Assembly (NCBI GenBank): GCA_046757525.1
Contig: JBHHYI010000024.1
Span: forward strand, 1-35,552
From: a bacterium
Lineage (GTDB): Bacteria > Zhuqueibacterota > Zhuqueibacteria > Oceanimicrobiales > Oceanimicrobiaceae
DNA: 35,552 nt
Direction of reading: 5' to 3'
A model generated the notes under the pieces. It searched no databases. It was not told the origin of the DNA and saw only the letters and a program-made list of their open reading frames with translations. Below are positions 8,722-18,576 of this stretch, piece by piece. Position 1 is the stretch's first letter, and every line of letters starts with the position of its first letter. Position numbers and translations under genes: made by a program.

Positions 8722-11700
8722 CTAAAAAAATGCTCGCATTTCCATTTTGGCAATGTGCTGGGTCCTGGGCCGGTCTGGTTCACTTCTACCGAAGTAATTC
8801 AAGGAGGCCTGGACGTTGCGGGAAAGACGGTAGTCGAAACCCAGATTCCAACGAAAGGTAGTCCCCGGCTTGTTTCCGTCCGCCAATTCAAAAGGGATGA
8901 GCCTGTTGAGCGGCGAAACGGTCACTCTGGTCCAGCCGATTTCTGCGCGCACCCTTCCCTGTCTGCTGATTGAATAATTAAGCCTGGGAATCAACGAGAT
9001 TCGAGTGGCTTTGGTATGAGGTTGCGGCACGATGTCACGATTTAAATCCCATTCCAGCTTGGTACCGATCTCCAAAGCCCGTCGTGGGCGGTAGACCAAA
9101 TCGATCGCCAGCCCGTTGCGGCGGATTCTCCGGTCTTCCCGCGTGAAAGATTGAAACAGCCGGTCTTCTTCCTCGTGGCTGAACTCGAATTGGTTGCTGA
9201 CTTGTTTGCTGATTTGGTGGATCAGCCGGAGGGCCTGCTGCCGGACGCGCCGGTCCTGACCGCCGCCGACAAACTGGTTGTTCTTCTCTTTGCGGTTGCG
9301 GTAACGGTAACGTAGGGAAAGCTTTCTGCTATTTTCCCAGAGGTAAATGTCCTGGCGAAATTCGATGTTGCCGAAAATGGTGGTGCTGTCCTGTTGAAAG
9401 TGGCTCAACTGCAGTAGGAAGATTTTAGCCACATCTTTTTCTCGCGTCTTTTCATTGATTCGAAAAAAGGTTTCCGTGGTCAGAGGATTGAGGATTTTAC
9501 GAAAGAAGCCCTGGCTGGATTTCTTGGCTTTGGGAGCGCTGAGGAACCTCTTAGGATTCAAGCGTAAGTCTGTTCGAAATCGGAGTTCGACCACAGGAAT
9601 GAAGTCTTTGGTGGTGATGAGTCTGCGCACGTGATCTCCAAATGGGTCAGGAACAAACTCATTCAGGTCTTCGTCGAAGCGGAAGTCTCCCTGACCCTCG
9701 TCTACTTGAATAAAAAGTTCTTCCTGCCTGGCAACTTGTGTGTTGGAAATCTGGTAATTCACATTGCTCCGGATGCCGCCTCGTCTTGGAGCATAGCCCA
9801 GGCGTACATCCGCCAGGTCGGTTCGCGTGTCTTGCACGCTGGCGTCCGTGAAATTCCTTTCACGGTGGATGTAGCTGGCAGCGGCTGAGATGGCGTGCCA
9901 GTTGGCCAGGTTCAGTGCGTAAGTCTGGGTCTTAGACACCGATTTGGGCAAGAAAAAGCCATTTTGTCGGTTTTTATCGTTGCGGTAATTGTATTTTGCC
10001 GAAGAAAACAAAGACTTCCATGGTCTGAACTCTAAGCCGCCGGTGTAGGAGTCAAACCGGAAGCCTTCTCGAAGGCTGTCCCGGGAAGCCGTTTTCTTGA
10101 TTTCGCCTTCATAGTCGAATATGGGCTTGAGCTTCTTAACATTGAAATAGGCGTGGCCTCTCTGCCTTAACCAGCTACTTTGCTCTGTTATCTTCTTGTC
10201 ATCTCGATTTATGAACTCTACAAAATAATTGACATTGGGCAAATGTTTCCGGTTTAGAATGGTTTGCACTTCCCAGCGATTTGATTTAAATAGGGAAGAC
10301 CGGGTTAAGCGTCCCAAACCACCTCGGAAGGAGAGACCTTGCAACGGTTCGTAGGTGCTGCTGAATTCGCTGATGGTCTCCTGCCGGATCGCGTTGGCAT
10401 TGGACAGATTCCAGCGCCGATTGAATTCGGGAATGTTGGTGCGGTCAATTTCCCTGAACTTAGAGTTTTTCCTGCGTAACTTGCCGTTGAGCTCCAGCCG
10501 CCCCAGGTTGAGACTGCCTACGACCAGCTTTTGCGGGTGGAAGTTGAGCTTGAACGAATAGGCCGTGCCGCTGTTGTCCTGGTCGTCTTTAGGGGAATAG
10601 AGATTGGCGTCGAATTGACTGAACGCCATCTCCGTTTGCACGGTTAGATCCGAAGTTGGGGAAAAATCAAGATTGAGACCCACCAGGTCATGCCGCTGGG
10701 CCTGGGGTAAGACGATCACGGGGCGGTAGCTTCCCTGGTTGGCCCCGACGAATTCGAAGCGACCAAAGCCCACGTTGCGGTAGTCGCCTTTATTCTCGCC
10801 AAAAAAAGTAAAAGCAACGTTGTAATCGCCGGAATCCGGACCCACGTAGGTAAAAACCCCGGTCGTGTCCCTGGTGTAATTGCCGCTGTCCGGTCCAACG
10901 AATCGCCACCCGGGCATGACGGCCAGGCTGTCTCCGGCTTCTTTTAGATTGGCCAGGAAATCATCGGTTAAGTTGAGGCTCAGAGGGTTGTCTTTGTCAT
11001 CGCTTTCTCGGATGAACGTGGTACCGAAGCGGAGCTTGTCGTTGAGCAGGTTGGACTGTCCGCGCACACCCCAGAGATTGCGTTGAAAGCTCTCGTCCGA
11101 ATACTGAAAGTCGACTGTAATGCGCGAGTCAGCGGTAATGAGACGCTTGCGCGTAAAGGTGATTTGGCCGTTGCCGTATTCGATGACGTAGTCATTGTTT
11201 TCCCCCCGCACCATTGATTCACCGTCAATCCAGACCCTTTCCGTGCCGGCCAGGACGATGATGTTGATCTGGCCTTTGTCGCCTTTTAACTGGTAAGGCC
11301 CTTGATTGCCTTCCTGACCCAGAAATTCGTTGGTGATGAATTGGCCGCGGGAGACCGCGCCGGAAACGGTCACGTGCCAGTTCTCGTAGTCTGCCGTGCC
11401 CATCACACCCTGCAATTTGCGGTTGTAACGGCTGAACTCCGTGCCCTGGAAACTGAGGTTGTAGTCGCCAAGGGTGGCGCGCAGGTTGGGCCCCCTGATT
11501 TGAACGAAGACTTTGTCGATTTCCTGCAAAGACTGGGTGTTGCCTTCTGGCTGGATCGGCGTGTTCTGGTCGGTTAACGACGCCACCACCTCTATGTTGT
11601 CGGTGAGGTGCCCGGCGATTTGCATGCGCAAGCCGGAGTCGACCCGCAGGCCCTGGTTGGTACCAACCGACACGCCGCGAGTGAGGCTGCCGCTTTTGCG

Positions 11701-12165
11701 CAGTCGCGAGGCAAACAGATTGCGAGTCCGTGGCTTGGGCACGGGCCGGACCGTCTGAATTCCGTCCTTTGGGTCGTCTGGCCTCTCTTTGGCCATGACC
11801 AGCGAACGTCTAAAATAGTTTCTTTTTAGAGTGAAAGGGAAATGCCGGTACTGGATCTTCAGCTTAGTCCCAATGCGCTGAGTTTCTCGCAGTTGCAGCA
11901 GGCCGTCCACGTAATTCAAGGAGTAATCCTTGTTCCTGATCAACAGGGTGGAATCGGCCCAAACGATTTCTGTGTTGGGGATTAGAAAGCTGTCGGGTAA
12001 AGAGAAGCTGAGTTTCACCGTGTCCACGACGATGAGAACTTCTTTTTCAAACAAGGTCAGACCGTGATTGTTCTGGGAGAACAAGAGTGCAGGCATGAGA
12101 AGGAATAACAGTACAGGTGCTCTTCTGCCCGGCCATTGAGCGAAAAAATTACGAGGTGCTACCAC
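8722..12165 (-). CDS. Large (1147 aa) predicted outer-membrane beta-barrel protein, SprA-like segments
   Basis: Signal peptide ending LLFS|Q; alternating amphipathic strands through most of the length; C-terminal ...KMEMRAFF beta-signal. Confidence 0.75.
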   Translation of the reverse strand: MVAPRNFFAQWPGRRAPVLLFLLMPALLFSQNNHGLTLFEKEVLIVVDTVKLSFSLPDSFLIPNTEIVWADSTLLIRNKDYSLNYVDGLLQLRETQRIGTKLKIQYRHFPFTLKRNYFRRSLVMAKERPDDPKDGIQTVRPVPKPRTRNLFASRLRKSGSLTRGVSVGTNQGLRVDSGLRMQIAGHLTDNIEVVASLTDQNTPIQPEGNTQSLQEIDKVFVQIRGPNLRATLGDYNLSFQGTEFSRYNRKLQGVMGTADYENWHVTVSGAVSRGQFITNEFLGQEGNQGPYQLKGDKGQINIIVLAGTERVWIDGESMVRGENNDYVIEYGNGQITFTRKRLITADSRITVDFQYSDESFQRNLWGVRGQSNLLNDKLRFGTTFIRESDDKDNPLSLNLTDDFLANLKEAGDSLAVMPGWRFVGPDSGNYTRDTTGVFTYVGPDSGDYNVAFTFFGENKGDYRNVGFGRFEFVGANQGSYRPVIVLPQAQRHDLVGLNLDFSPTSDLTVQTEMAFSQFDANLYSPKDDQDNSGTAYSFKLNFHPQKLVVGSLNLGRLELNGKLRRKNSKFREIDRTNIPEFNRRWNLSNANAIRQETISEFSSTYEPLQGLSFRGGLGRLTRSSLFKSNRWEVQTILNRKHLPNVNYFVEFINRDDKKITEQSSWLRQRGHAYFNVKKLKPIFDYEGEIKKTASRDSLREGFRFDSYTGGLEFRPWKSLFSSAKYNYRNDKNRQNGFFLPKSVSKTQTYALNLANWHAISAAASYIHRERNFTDASVQDTRTDLADVRLGYAPRRGGIRSNVNYQISNTQVARQEELFIQVDEGQGDFRFDEDLNEFVPDPFGDHVRRLITTKDFIPVVELRFRTDLRLNPKRFLSAPKAKKSSQGFFRKILNPLTTETFFRINEKTREKDVAKIFLLQLSHFQQDSTTIFGNIEFRQDIYLWENSRKLSLRYRYRNRKEKNNQFVGGGQDRRVRQQALRLIHQISKQVSNQFEFSHEEEDRLFQSFTREDRRIRRNGLAIDLVYRPRRALEIGTKLEWDLNRDIVPQPHTKATRISLIPRLNYSISRQGRVRAEIGWTRVTVSPLNRLIPFELADGNKPGTTFRWNLGFDYRLSRNVQASLNYFGRSEPDRPRTQHIAKMEMRAFF

Positions 12166-12248
12166 AAAAAACGCAAATGTTAGATCAGCTTAAAAATGAA
12201 AGTATTTAGTCAAATAGTAGCAATAAGCCTCTGATCACCTCATAATTC

Positions 12249-13217
12249 CTATTCGTCATTCTGCAAAACTTCGTTGAGCTCGAACACCTGCACCCGCTGG
12301 TTGCCAGAATCCAGAACAAATATGCGATGGTCGTAGATCGCAACGTCTACCGGGTTGTTGAACGCGCCGATTTGCTGCCCCTGTTCGCCCCAAAAGAAGA
12401 TGGGCTTGTGGTTGTTGTCAAAGACGGCAATCCGGTTATTTCCAGAATCGGCAACAAATAGTATTTCATTATTCTTCCAGGCCAGGCCATTGGGATTGTT
12501 CAGCACTCCCTGTCCGAATTGGGCTATGAAGTTGCCGTAGTAGTCGAAGACGACGATCTGATCGGTTCCCTGATCGGACACGTAGACCATATCCCGGGAA
12601 GTGAGATCGAGCTTGACGGGATACTCCAATTGACCGTCTCCCCAGTTGAAGCCGCCAAAACTCTGTTCTGGAGTCCCAAAGGAGTCGACTTTCAAGATGC
12701 GATTGTTTTCGTTGTCGGAGATAAACAATTCGCCGTGCTTGGAGATGTCAACGCTGAGAGGAAAGCCAAATTGCAAGGTCCTGGACAGGGCTTCATCCGA
12801 GTAGAAAGAGGAGATGTGGTTGAGATTCTTGTCGTAGCGTTCAACCCGTTCATTATTGTAGTCGGCAATGAAGATGTCCAAACCGTTTTTGGCCGAAATG
12901 TCGAGAGGCCGGTCAAATTGTTGACTGCCAAAGCCAAACCCGCCAATGGAATAGATGAATTTTCCGTTGTCATCAAACTGTAAGATGCGATTGTTGCCGG
13001 TATCCACTACGAAGATGTTGCCTTCAGGGTCGTTAGCGATGGCCTGCGGATCGACCAATGGCAGATCTCGAATCGGTTGCTGTGGGAATGAATAGAGAAA
13101 CTTGAGCACAAAATCTCTTCCATTTTGGGATGCAACCGCATGCGTGACGCTGGCCACCAGGGACACGCACAGAATCGACCAGCAAATGCAACGAAAATGA
13201 TTCATGAAAGGCGTCAT
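12249..13217 (-). CDS. Exported NHL-repeat beta-propeller protein
   Basis: Six repeats of type P..I.....G.I(F/Y)V.D.GNNRI; signal peptide; start moved to ATG 13217 (or 13205) because the longer ORF start overlaps the frr terminator. Confidence 0.85.
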   Translation of the reverse strand: MTPFMNHFRCICWSILCVSLVASVTHAVASQNGRDFVLKFLYSFPQQPIRDLPLVDPQAIANDPEGNIFVVDTGNNRILQFDDNGKFIYSIGGFGFGSQQFDRPLDISAKNGLDIFIADYNNERVERYDKNLNHISSFYSDEALSRTLQFGFPLSVDISKHGELFISDNENNRILKVDSFGTPEQSFGGFNWGDGQLEYPVKLDLTSRDMVYVSDQGTDQIVVFDYYGNFIAQFGQGVLNNPNGLAWKNNEILFVADSGNNRIAVFDNNHKPIFFWGEQGQQIGAFNNPVDVAIYDHRIFVLDSGNQRVQVFELNEVLQNDE

Positions 13218-13220
13218 GTG

Positions 13221-13265
13221 AAAAAAAGCAAAAAAGCCATCATGCGTTACTCCTGCAGCGGCTTT
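13221..13265 (-). terminator. Probable intrinsic terminator after frr
   Basis: Minus strand AAAGCCGCTGC-AGGAGTAAC-GCATGATGGCTTT followed by TTTGCTTTTTTT; imperfect stem. Confidence 0.55.
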
Positions 13266-13315
13266 CATTCTTGTCTTGTTCTCATTTTACTAACCCGATT
13301 TTGAAGATGGACGGT

Positions 13316-13876
13316 TCAGACCTCCATGATTTCGGCCTCTTTGTTTTTCAACAGATCGTCGACAAGCTGTATGTTCTTGTCGGTTATTTTCTGGATTTTG
13401 TCCATCGCCGTGTGGCACTGATCTTCGGAGACTTCGTGGTTTTTTTCCAGCTTTTTCAAATGCTCGTTTGCATCTCGTCGGATATTTCTGATGGCGATTC
13501 GGCCTTCTTCTCCCAACTTGTTGCAAATGCGCATCAGGTCTTTACGCCTTTCTTCGGTCAACTGCGGAATGGGCAGGCGAATGACGGTGCCATCGTTTAT
13601 CGGATTGAGGCCCAGGTCTGACTTTAGAATGGCTTTTTCAATTTCACCGATCAGATTTTTTTCCCACGGTTGGACGGTGAGCAAGCGCGCCTCCGGGGTG
13701 CTAACAGAGGCTACTTGTTTCAGCGGCACCATGGACCCATAATACGACACCTTGATGGTGTCTAATATGGCGGGCGAAGCTTTACCGGTTCTAATTCTCG
13801 TTAGTTCGAAGCGAGTGTTTTCCACAGCTTTCGACATACGTTCTTCAGCGTTTTGTTCAATTCCTGCGAGGTCCAT
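13316..13876 (-). CDS. frr: Ribosome recycling factor
   Basis: IRTGKASP, YYGS, LGLNP, IPQLTEERRKDL, IRNIRRDAN. Confidence 0.98.
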   Translation of the reverse strand: MDLAGIEQNAEERMSKAVENTRFELTRIRTGKASPAILDTIKVSYYGSMVPLKQVASVSTPEARLLTVQPWEKNLIGEIEKAILKSDLGLNPINDGTVIRLPIPQLTEERRKDLMRICNKLGEEGRIAIRNIRRDANEHLKKLEKNHEVSEDQCHTAMDKIQKITDKNIQLVDDLLKNKEAEIMEV

Positions 13877-13878
13877 AA

Positions 13879-14598
13879 TTACGCACCAATGATTTTTGTC
13901 CCCAAAGGTTCGCCCTGAATGACTCTCTTAAGGTAACCTTCTTTGGTCAAGTTAAAGACAATTATGGGCAGTTTGTTCTCCATGCACAGGGTCACGGCTG
14001 TGGAATCCATGACGCGCAAGCGTCGTTTGACCACATCCAAGTAGGTCAGCTCATCGAACTTTTTCGCATCGTGAACCTCGTGCGGATCGGCGTCGTAAAC
14101 ACCATCGACCTTCGTGCCCTTGAGAATGACATCGGCTTCGATTTCGACAGCGCGCAAGGCAGCGGCGGTATCGGTGGTAAAGTACGGGTTGCCGGTACCA
14201 GCGGCGAAAATTACCACCCGGCCTTTCTCCAGATGGCGGATCGCCCTTCGCCGAATAAACGGTTCGGCTAATTCTTCCATCTTAATGGCGGTCAAAACTC
14301 TGGTATAAACGTCATTTCTTTCTAAATAATCCTGCAAGGCCATGGCATTGATGACCGTAGCTAACATGCCCATATAATCGGCAGACACCCGGTCCATGCC
14401 CCGCGCGCTTGCCGAGAGACCGCGGAAGATATTTCCCCCGCCAATAACCAGGCCGATTTCCACGCCCAGGCCGTGAACCCCCTTGATTTCCAAAGCAATC
14501 TTTTCAACGGTCTCAGGGTCTATTCCCAGGCCTTGTCGCCCCATAAGGGCTTCCCCGCTTAGTTTGACGAGAACGCGTTTAAAACTTCTTTTCTCCAT
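13879..14598 (-). CDS. pyrH: UMP kinase
   Basis: [43 protein letters not shown]. Confidence 0.98.
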   Translation of the reverse strand: MEKRSFKRVLVKLSGEALMGRQGLGIDPETVEKIALEIKGVHGLGVEIGLVIGGGNIFRGLSASARGMDRVSADYMGMLATVINAMALQDYLERNDVYTRVLTAIKMEELAEPFIRRRAIRHLEKGRVVIFAAGTGNPYFTTDTAAALRAVEIEADVILKGTKVDGVYDADPHEVHDAKKFDELTYLDVVKRRLRVMDSTAVTLCMENKLPIIVFNLTKEGYLKRVIQGEPLGTKIIGA

Positions 14599-14638
14599 GC
14601 AGTGTCAATTGGTTCTAAGTTCAATATGTGTAACTATT

Positions 14639-15232
14639 TCAGGAGCCTAATTGATAGCGGACAAATCTCTTGATGCTGATGTTTTCACCGGTTTTGGCTA
14701 CGTATTCTGTGACCAGCTCTTTTATGTTTTTGCTTGGGTCCTTGATGAAACTTTGCTCTAACAGGACGGTCTCTTGAAATAGTTTTTCCAGTTTGCCCTG
14801 AGCAAACCGTTCGATGATATTTTCAGGTTTTCCCTCGTTCCTGGCCTGGGTTTTGTAGATGTCTAATTCTTTGTCAATTTCTTCTTGTGAAAACTCATCC
14901 CTTGAAATCACTCTGGGGTTGGTAGCGGCGATTTGCATGGCGAGATCGCGGACAAACGTCTTAAAATCACTGGTCTTGGCAACAAAGTCGGTTTCACAAT
15001 TGACTTCGACCAAAACGCCTAAGCGACTTCCGGGATGAATATAGGCGTCGATTAACCCTTCGTTGGTTGCCCTGCTGGCTTTCTTGGCAGCGGTGGCCAT
15101 GCCTTTTTTGCGCAACAGTTCCACCGCAGCATCGATATCGCTATTGGCTTCTACCAAGGCGTTTTTGCATTCCATAATTCCAACGCCTGTGCGTTCACGT
15201 AATTTTTTCACTAATTCTGCCGAAACGGCCAT
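14639..15232 (-). CDS. tsf: Elongation factor Ts (short form)
   Basis: VKKLRERTG, EVNCETDFVA, RFVRYQLG; 197 aa. Confidence 0.98.
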   Translation of the reverse strand: MAVSAELVKKLRERTGVGIMECKNALVEANSDIDAAVELLRKKGMATAAKKASRATNEGLIDAYIHPGSRLGVLVEVNCETDFVAKTSDFKTFVRDLAMQIAATNPRVISRDEFSQEEIDKELDIYKTQARNEGKPENIIERFAQGKLEKLFQETVLLEQSFIKDPSKNIKELVTEYVAKTGENISIKRFVRYQLGS

Positions 15233-15254
15233 GCTAAGTTGCCTCCAAAGTAGT

Positions 15255-16091
15255 TTATTCTGATTCGCTGATTTCGGTTTTCTTGATTCTTTCTGTCACG
15301 GTCTCTACTTGTTCTGCATCTTCCATCACGACAACTTCGTCGAAAGTTTCGGCTACTTCTTTGGGGGGCGTCTCGACCGCTTCCCCCTCGGCCGCTGATT
15401 CGGTTTTGTCCTTGACGCCTTCGCCTTCGATAACCGCATCGGCCATGGCGTGGGTGATGAGGTTGATCGATTTGAAGGCGTCATCGTTGGCAGGGATGGG
15501 GTAGTCGATGGGATCGGGATCGCAATTGGTATCCACCATGGCTATGATGGGGATATTGAGTTTTCTTGCTTCTGACACGGCGATGTATTCTTTCTTGGTG
15601 TCAACAACAAAGATGGCCCCTGGCAGTCGATTCATGTCTCTTATTCCGCCCAGGACCAGCTCCAATTTAGCTCTTTCACGTTCGATTCTCAAGATTTCCT
15701 TTTTCACGATCTTGTCGTAAGTACCATCTGTGGCCATCTTTTCGATGTTTTTCATCCGTTTGATGCTTTTTTTTATGGTGACAAAGTTGGTCAACATGCC
15801 ACCCAGCCACCGCTCATCGACGTAGTAGGAGTTGCTTCGTTCGGCTTCACTCTTGATGATTTCCTTGGCCTGTTTCTTGGTCCCGACGAAAAGAATCTTC
15901 TCTCCAGAACTAACGATGTCGTTAACGGCTTGATAGGCGGTCTCCAGGCATTCTAAGGTTTTTTTCAGATCTATTATGTAAATGCCATTGCGCTCCATGA
16001 AAATATATTTTTTCATCTTGGGATTCCACCGGCGTGTCAAGTGGCCGAAATGGGCCCCGGCAATCAATAGATCTTGTAAAGTAACTTTCAT
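15255..16091 (-). CDS. rpsB: 30S ribosomal protein S2
   Basis: [51 protein letters not shown] at 16097-16101. Confidence 0.98.
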   Translation of the reverse strand: MKVTLQDLLIAGAHFGHLTRRWNPKMKKYIFMERNGIYIIDLKKTLECLETAYQAVNDIVSSGEKILFVGTKKQAKEIIKSEAERSNSYYVDERWLGGMLTNFVTIKKSIKRMKNIEKMATDGTYDKIVKKEILRIERERAKLELVLGGIRDMNRLPGAIFVVDTKKEYIAVSEARKLNIPIIAMVDTNCDPDPIDYPIPANDDAFKSINLITHAMADAVIEGEGVKDKTESAAEGEAVETPPKEVAETFDEVVVMEDAEQVETVTERIKKTEISESE

Positions 16092-16106
16092 TCATGCCTC
16101 CATATT

Positions 16107-16180
16107 TGGGTTACTCCGCCACTGGCTCAATCTGTCCACTTCATTCAATGCACCCAAACATTAAAGCCAGCGTGTGTGTT
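16107..16180 (-). ncRNA. rpsB (S2) leader cis-regulatory RNA (t44-like)
   Basis: Minus strand ACACACACGCTGGCT...GGGTGC...AGCCAGTGGCGGAGTAACCC: stem CGCTGGCT/AGCCAGTG plus potential GGGU/ACCC pseudoknot, directly upstream of the rpsB SD. Confidence 0.8.
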
Positions 16181-16191
16181 TTTATTGACAA

Positions 16192-16584
16192 TTAACGTTT
16201 TGAAAATTGAAACCGTTTACGTGCCCCGGGTTGGCCATACTTCTTCCTTTCTTTCATTCTCGAATCGCGGGTCAAGAGACCAGCCGACTTGAGCCTGGAG
16301 CGATACTCTTCGTCGGTCTTGATCAGCGCGCGGGCAATCCCCAAACGTACGGCCCCAGCCTGACCCGACAACCCACCACCTTTAACGTTTGCGATGATAT
16401 CGTATTTGCCAAGCGTTTCCGTTAAATGCAACGGCTGTTCAATAATCATTTTCAGGGTCTCTCTTTTGAAATATTCCAACAAGTCTTGATTGTTGATCTT
16501 GAAGCTTCCCTCACCAGGCACCAGGCGAACTCTGGCGACTGATTCTTTTCTTCTTCCAATAGCATCGTAGGCTGAAACTTTCAT
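16192..16584 (-). CDS. rpsI: 30S ribosomal protein S9
   Basis: [39 protein letters not shown]. Confidence 0.98.
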   Translation of the reverse strand: MKVSAYDAIGRRKESVARVRLVPGEGSFKINNQDLLEYFKRETLKMIIEQPLHLTETLGKYDIIANVKGGGLSGQAGAVRLGIARALIKTDEEYRSRLKSAGLLTRDSRMKERKKYGQPGARKRFQFSKR

Positions 16585-16598
16585 CTATCCCTCTTGGT

Positions 16599-17030
16599 TT
16601 AGTTCAACTCTAATTGTTCTGGATTTTGCGCTTGATGCGGATGCTTGTTACCTGAATAGACCTTCAATTTTTTGTACATCTTACGACCTAACTTGTTGTG
16701 CGGCAACATTCCCCAGATAGCCTTTTCCAGGATGCGTTCCGGATGTTTTTTGATGAGATCAGCAAAGGTGTCGATGCGTCCGCCGCCCGGATAGCCAGAA
16801 TAGCGAAAGTACGTTTTGTTTTGCGACTTCCTACCAGTGACGCGAATTTTTTCGGCATTGATGATAATCACATGATCTCCGGTATCCACGTGCGGCGTAA
16901 AGATCGGCTTGTGTTTTCCCCGCAAAATTGTGGCAATTTGACTGGCCAGGCGTCCAAGAACCTGGCCTTCAGCATTCACCACGTACCACTTTCGTTCAAT
17001 TTCGTGGGGTTTGGCTACAAAAGTTTTCAA
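16599..17030 (-). CDS. rplM: 50S ribosomal protein L13
   Basis: [40 protein letters not shown] start with upstream AAGGAG. Confidence 0.98.
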   Translation of the reverse strand: MKTFVAKPHEIERKWYVVNAEGQVLGRLASQIATILRGKHKPIFTPHVDTGDHVIIINAEKIRVTGRKSQNKTYFRYSGYPGGGRIDTFADLIKKHPERILEKAIWGMLPHNKLGRKMYKKLKVYSGNKHPHQAQNPEQLELN

Positions 17031-17072
17031 TTTAGCTTCTCCTTAAAAATTATGTTACTTACGCAAACTTTG

Positions 17073-17101
17073 AATTTAACAAAATTCCCGCTAACAGTCA
17101 A
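17073..17101 (-). promoter_or_regulatory. sigma70-type promoter for the rplM operon
   Basis: TTGACT (17101-17096), 17-bp spacer, TGT-TAAATT extended -10 (17078-17073); overlaps the speB 3' end. Confidence 0.7.
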
Positions 17102-17999
17102 GATTTTTCTTGTTGCCCGATTTCACGATGTTTGCGAATTGGTAACCGATTAACTTGTAGACCAGTTTTGCTGCCGTGAAGTCCGGTGCCGATAAATTCG
17201 GCAGCGGTCGCAACTCAACGACGTCGAACCCTACGACAGTATGCGTTTGAACCACTCTTTTCAAAAACGCCAGTGTTTCGTGCCAGTAGAAGCCGCCGGG
17301 TTCAGGCGTTCCAACCGAGGGCATAATGCCGGGGTCAAAAAAGTCCAGGTCAATGGTGAGGTAAACGGGATCGCCCAAATGGGCCAAAACCAGGTCCGGC
17401 CACGCTTGATTTTGCTGCATTTCAAACGCGTAAATTATTCTGGATGGGCCCTTCAAGGCCTCTTGTTCATCTCGCAACGAGCTTCTGATGCCCACGCCGA
17501 TGAAGGGACAGATTTCGCCCACCCGGGCCATGACACAGGCGTGGTTGTATTTTGAATTCATGTAGCTGTCCCGCATGTCGCTGTGCGCATCCAGTTGCAA
17601 GACCCACAGGTCCGGGAATTGCGCTTGAAAGGCTTGCACCAGGCCAACCGTGATGGAATGTTCCCCCCCAAGTCCAACGACAAACTTGTCCATTTTCAGT
17701 AGTCTTGCGCATTCGGAGGCGATCTGTTGTAATGAGAATTCTATTGAATCTTCAAACTGCGCAAAGGGTTGCTGGGTAGAGATGCCAATTTCACACGGCG
17801 TGGTTTGCAATTCTTCATCGTAGAGTTCGACCTGGTGTGAAGCTGCAAGAATGGCTTGCGGCCCCCGGGCAGTTCCTTTGCCGTAGGTGGTGGAAGCCTC
17901 CAGGGGCAAACAGAGTATGGCTACCCGGGCCGTCGCCAAATCTGCCAGAGATTCGGGAAGGCCAAGGAAGTTCAAATCTTTTTTCGCTGCGCTCTTCAT
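17091..17999 (-). CDS. speB: Agmatinase
   Basis: GGEHSIT, DAHSD, TIDLDFFDP, VGTPEPGG; directly downstream of the arginine decarboxylase. Confidence 0.9.
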   Translation of the reverse strand: MKSAAKKDLNFLGLPESLADLATARVAILCLPLEASTTYGKGTARGPQAILAASHQVELYDEELQTTPCEIGISTQQPFAQFEDSIEFSLQQIASECARLLKMDKFVVGLGGEHSITVGLVQAFQAQFPDLWVLQLDAHSDMRDSYMNSKYNHACVMARVGEICPFIGVGIRSSLRDEQEALKGPSRIIYAFEMQQNQAWPDLVLAHLGDPVYLTIDLDFFDPGIMPSVGTPEPGGFYWHETLAFLKRVVQTHTVVGFDVVELRPLPNLSAPDFTAAKLVYKLIGYQFANIVKSGNKKNLDC

Positions 18000-18016
18000 C
18001 CTTAATACAAAATGCC

Positions 18017-18559
18017 TTAGATTAAGATAGCCCCGGCTAAGACCGTTGTCCAGAGTCCATGCTTGTCACCGATGGCTGATTGCGTAATGTTGCGCGAAAC
18101 CACGATCTTGCCGCTGATTCGCCAGATTTCCTTCTTGTTGTCCCAGGAGGCGTCTGGATCAAAATCTACTCCGAGAATGGTGGCCAACATGGTTGCCGCC
18201 AGATCTTCGGCATAATTACCAGCCAAATCATCTCGCTGACCATAACTGTGATGTTCTGAAAGGTAGCCGTAATGACTGCGGTCCTTTGGCACAGCCAGTC
18301 CAATGGAGGCGGCAATCAGCCGATGGGGCTCGTTGGTGGCGCATTGACTCATGACGCAGTGAACAATTTGTCCCGGCGACAGCATCTTCAAGCCTTCTGC
18401 TTTTGAAACGATCTTGCAATGTGGCGGGAAAATACTGGAAACACGAACCAGATTATATTCCGCAATGCCTGCGTTGCGCAGTGCCAACTCGAAACTGGTC
18501 AGTTTTTCTTTGCTCTTGCCAACACCTTTGGTCAAGAACATCTTTTGGGGTACATTCAA
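18017..18559 (-). CDS. pdaD: Pyruvoyl-dependent arginine decarboxylase
   Basis: [37 protein letters not shown] (Ser-Ser self-cleavage site), GYLSEHH; TTG 18559 chosen to avoid overlap with pyrC (ORF track starts at 18607). Confidence 0.9.
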   Translation of the reverse strand: MNVPQKMFLTKGVGKSKEKLTSFELALRNAGIAEYNLVRVSSIFPPHCKIVSKAEGLKMLSPGQIVHCVMSQCATNEPHRLIAASIGLAVPKDRSHYGYLSEHHSYGQRDDLAGNYAEDLAATMLATILGVDFDPDASWDNKKEIWRISGKIVVSRNITQSAIGDKHGLWTTVLAGAILI

Positions 18560-18576
18560 ATTGTTGTCGAGCTGGT

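Noticed and set aside
12187..12213. TTGACT...TAAGCT promoter for the large barrel gene
   Set aside because: Spacer is only 15 bp; too weak to call
14639..15232. Short EF-Ts as a truncation
   Set aside because: About 200-aa EF-Ts is a normal form in many phyla, and the C-terminal motif is intact
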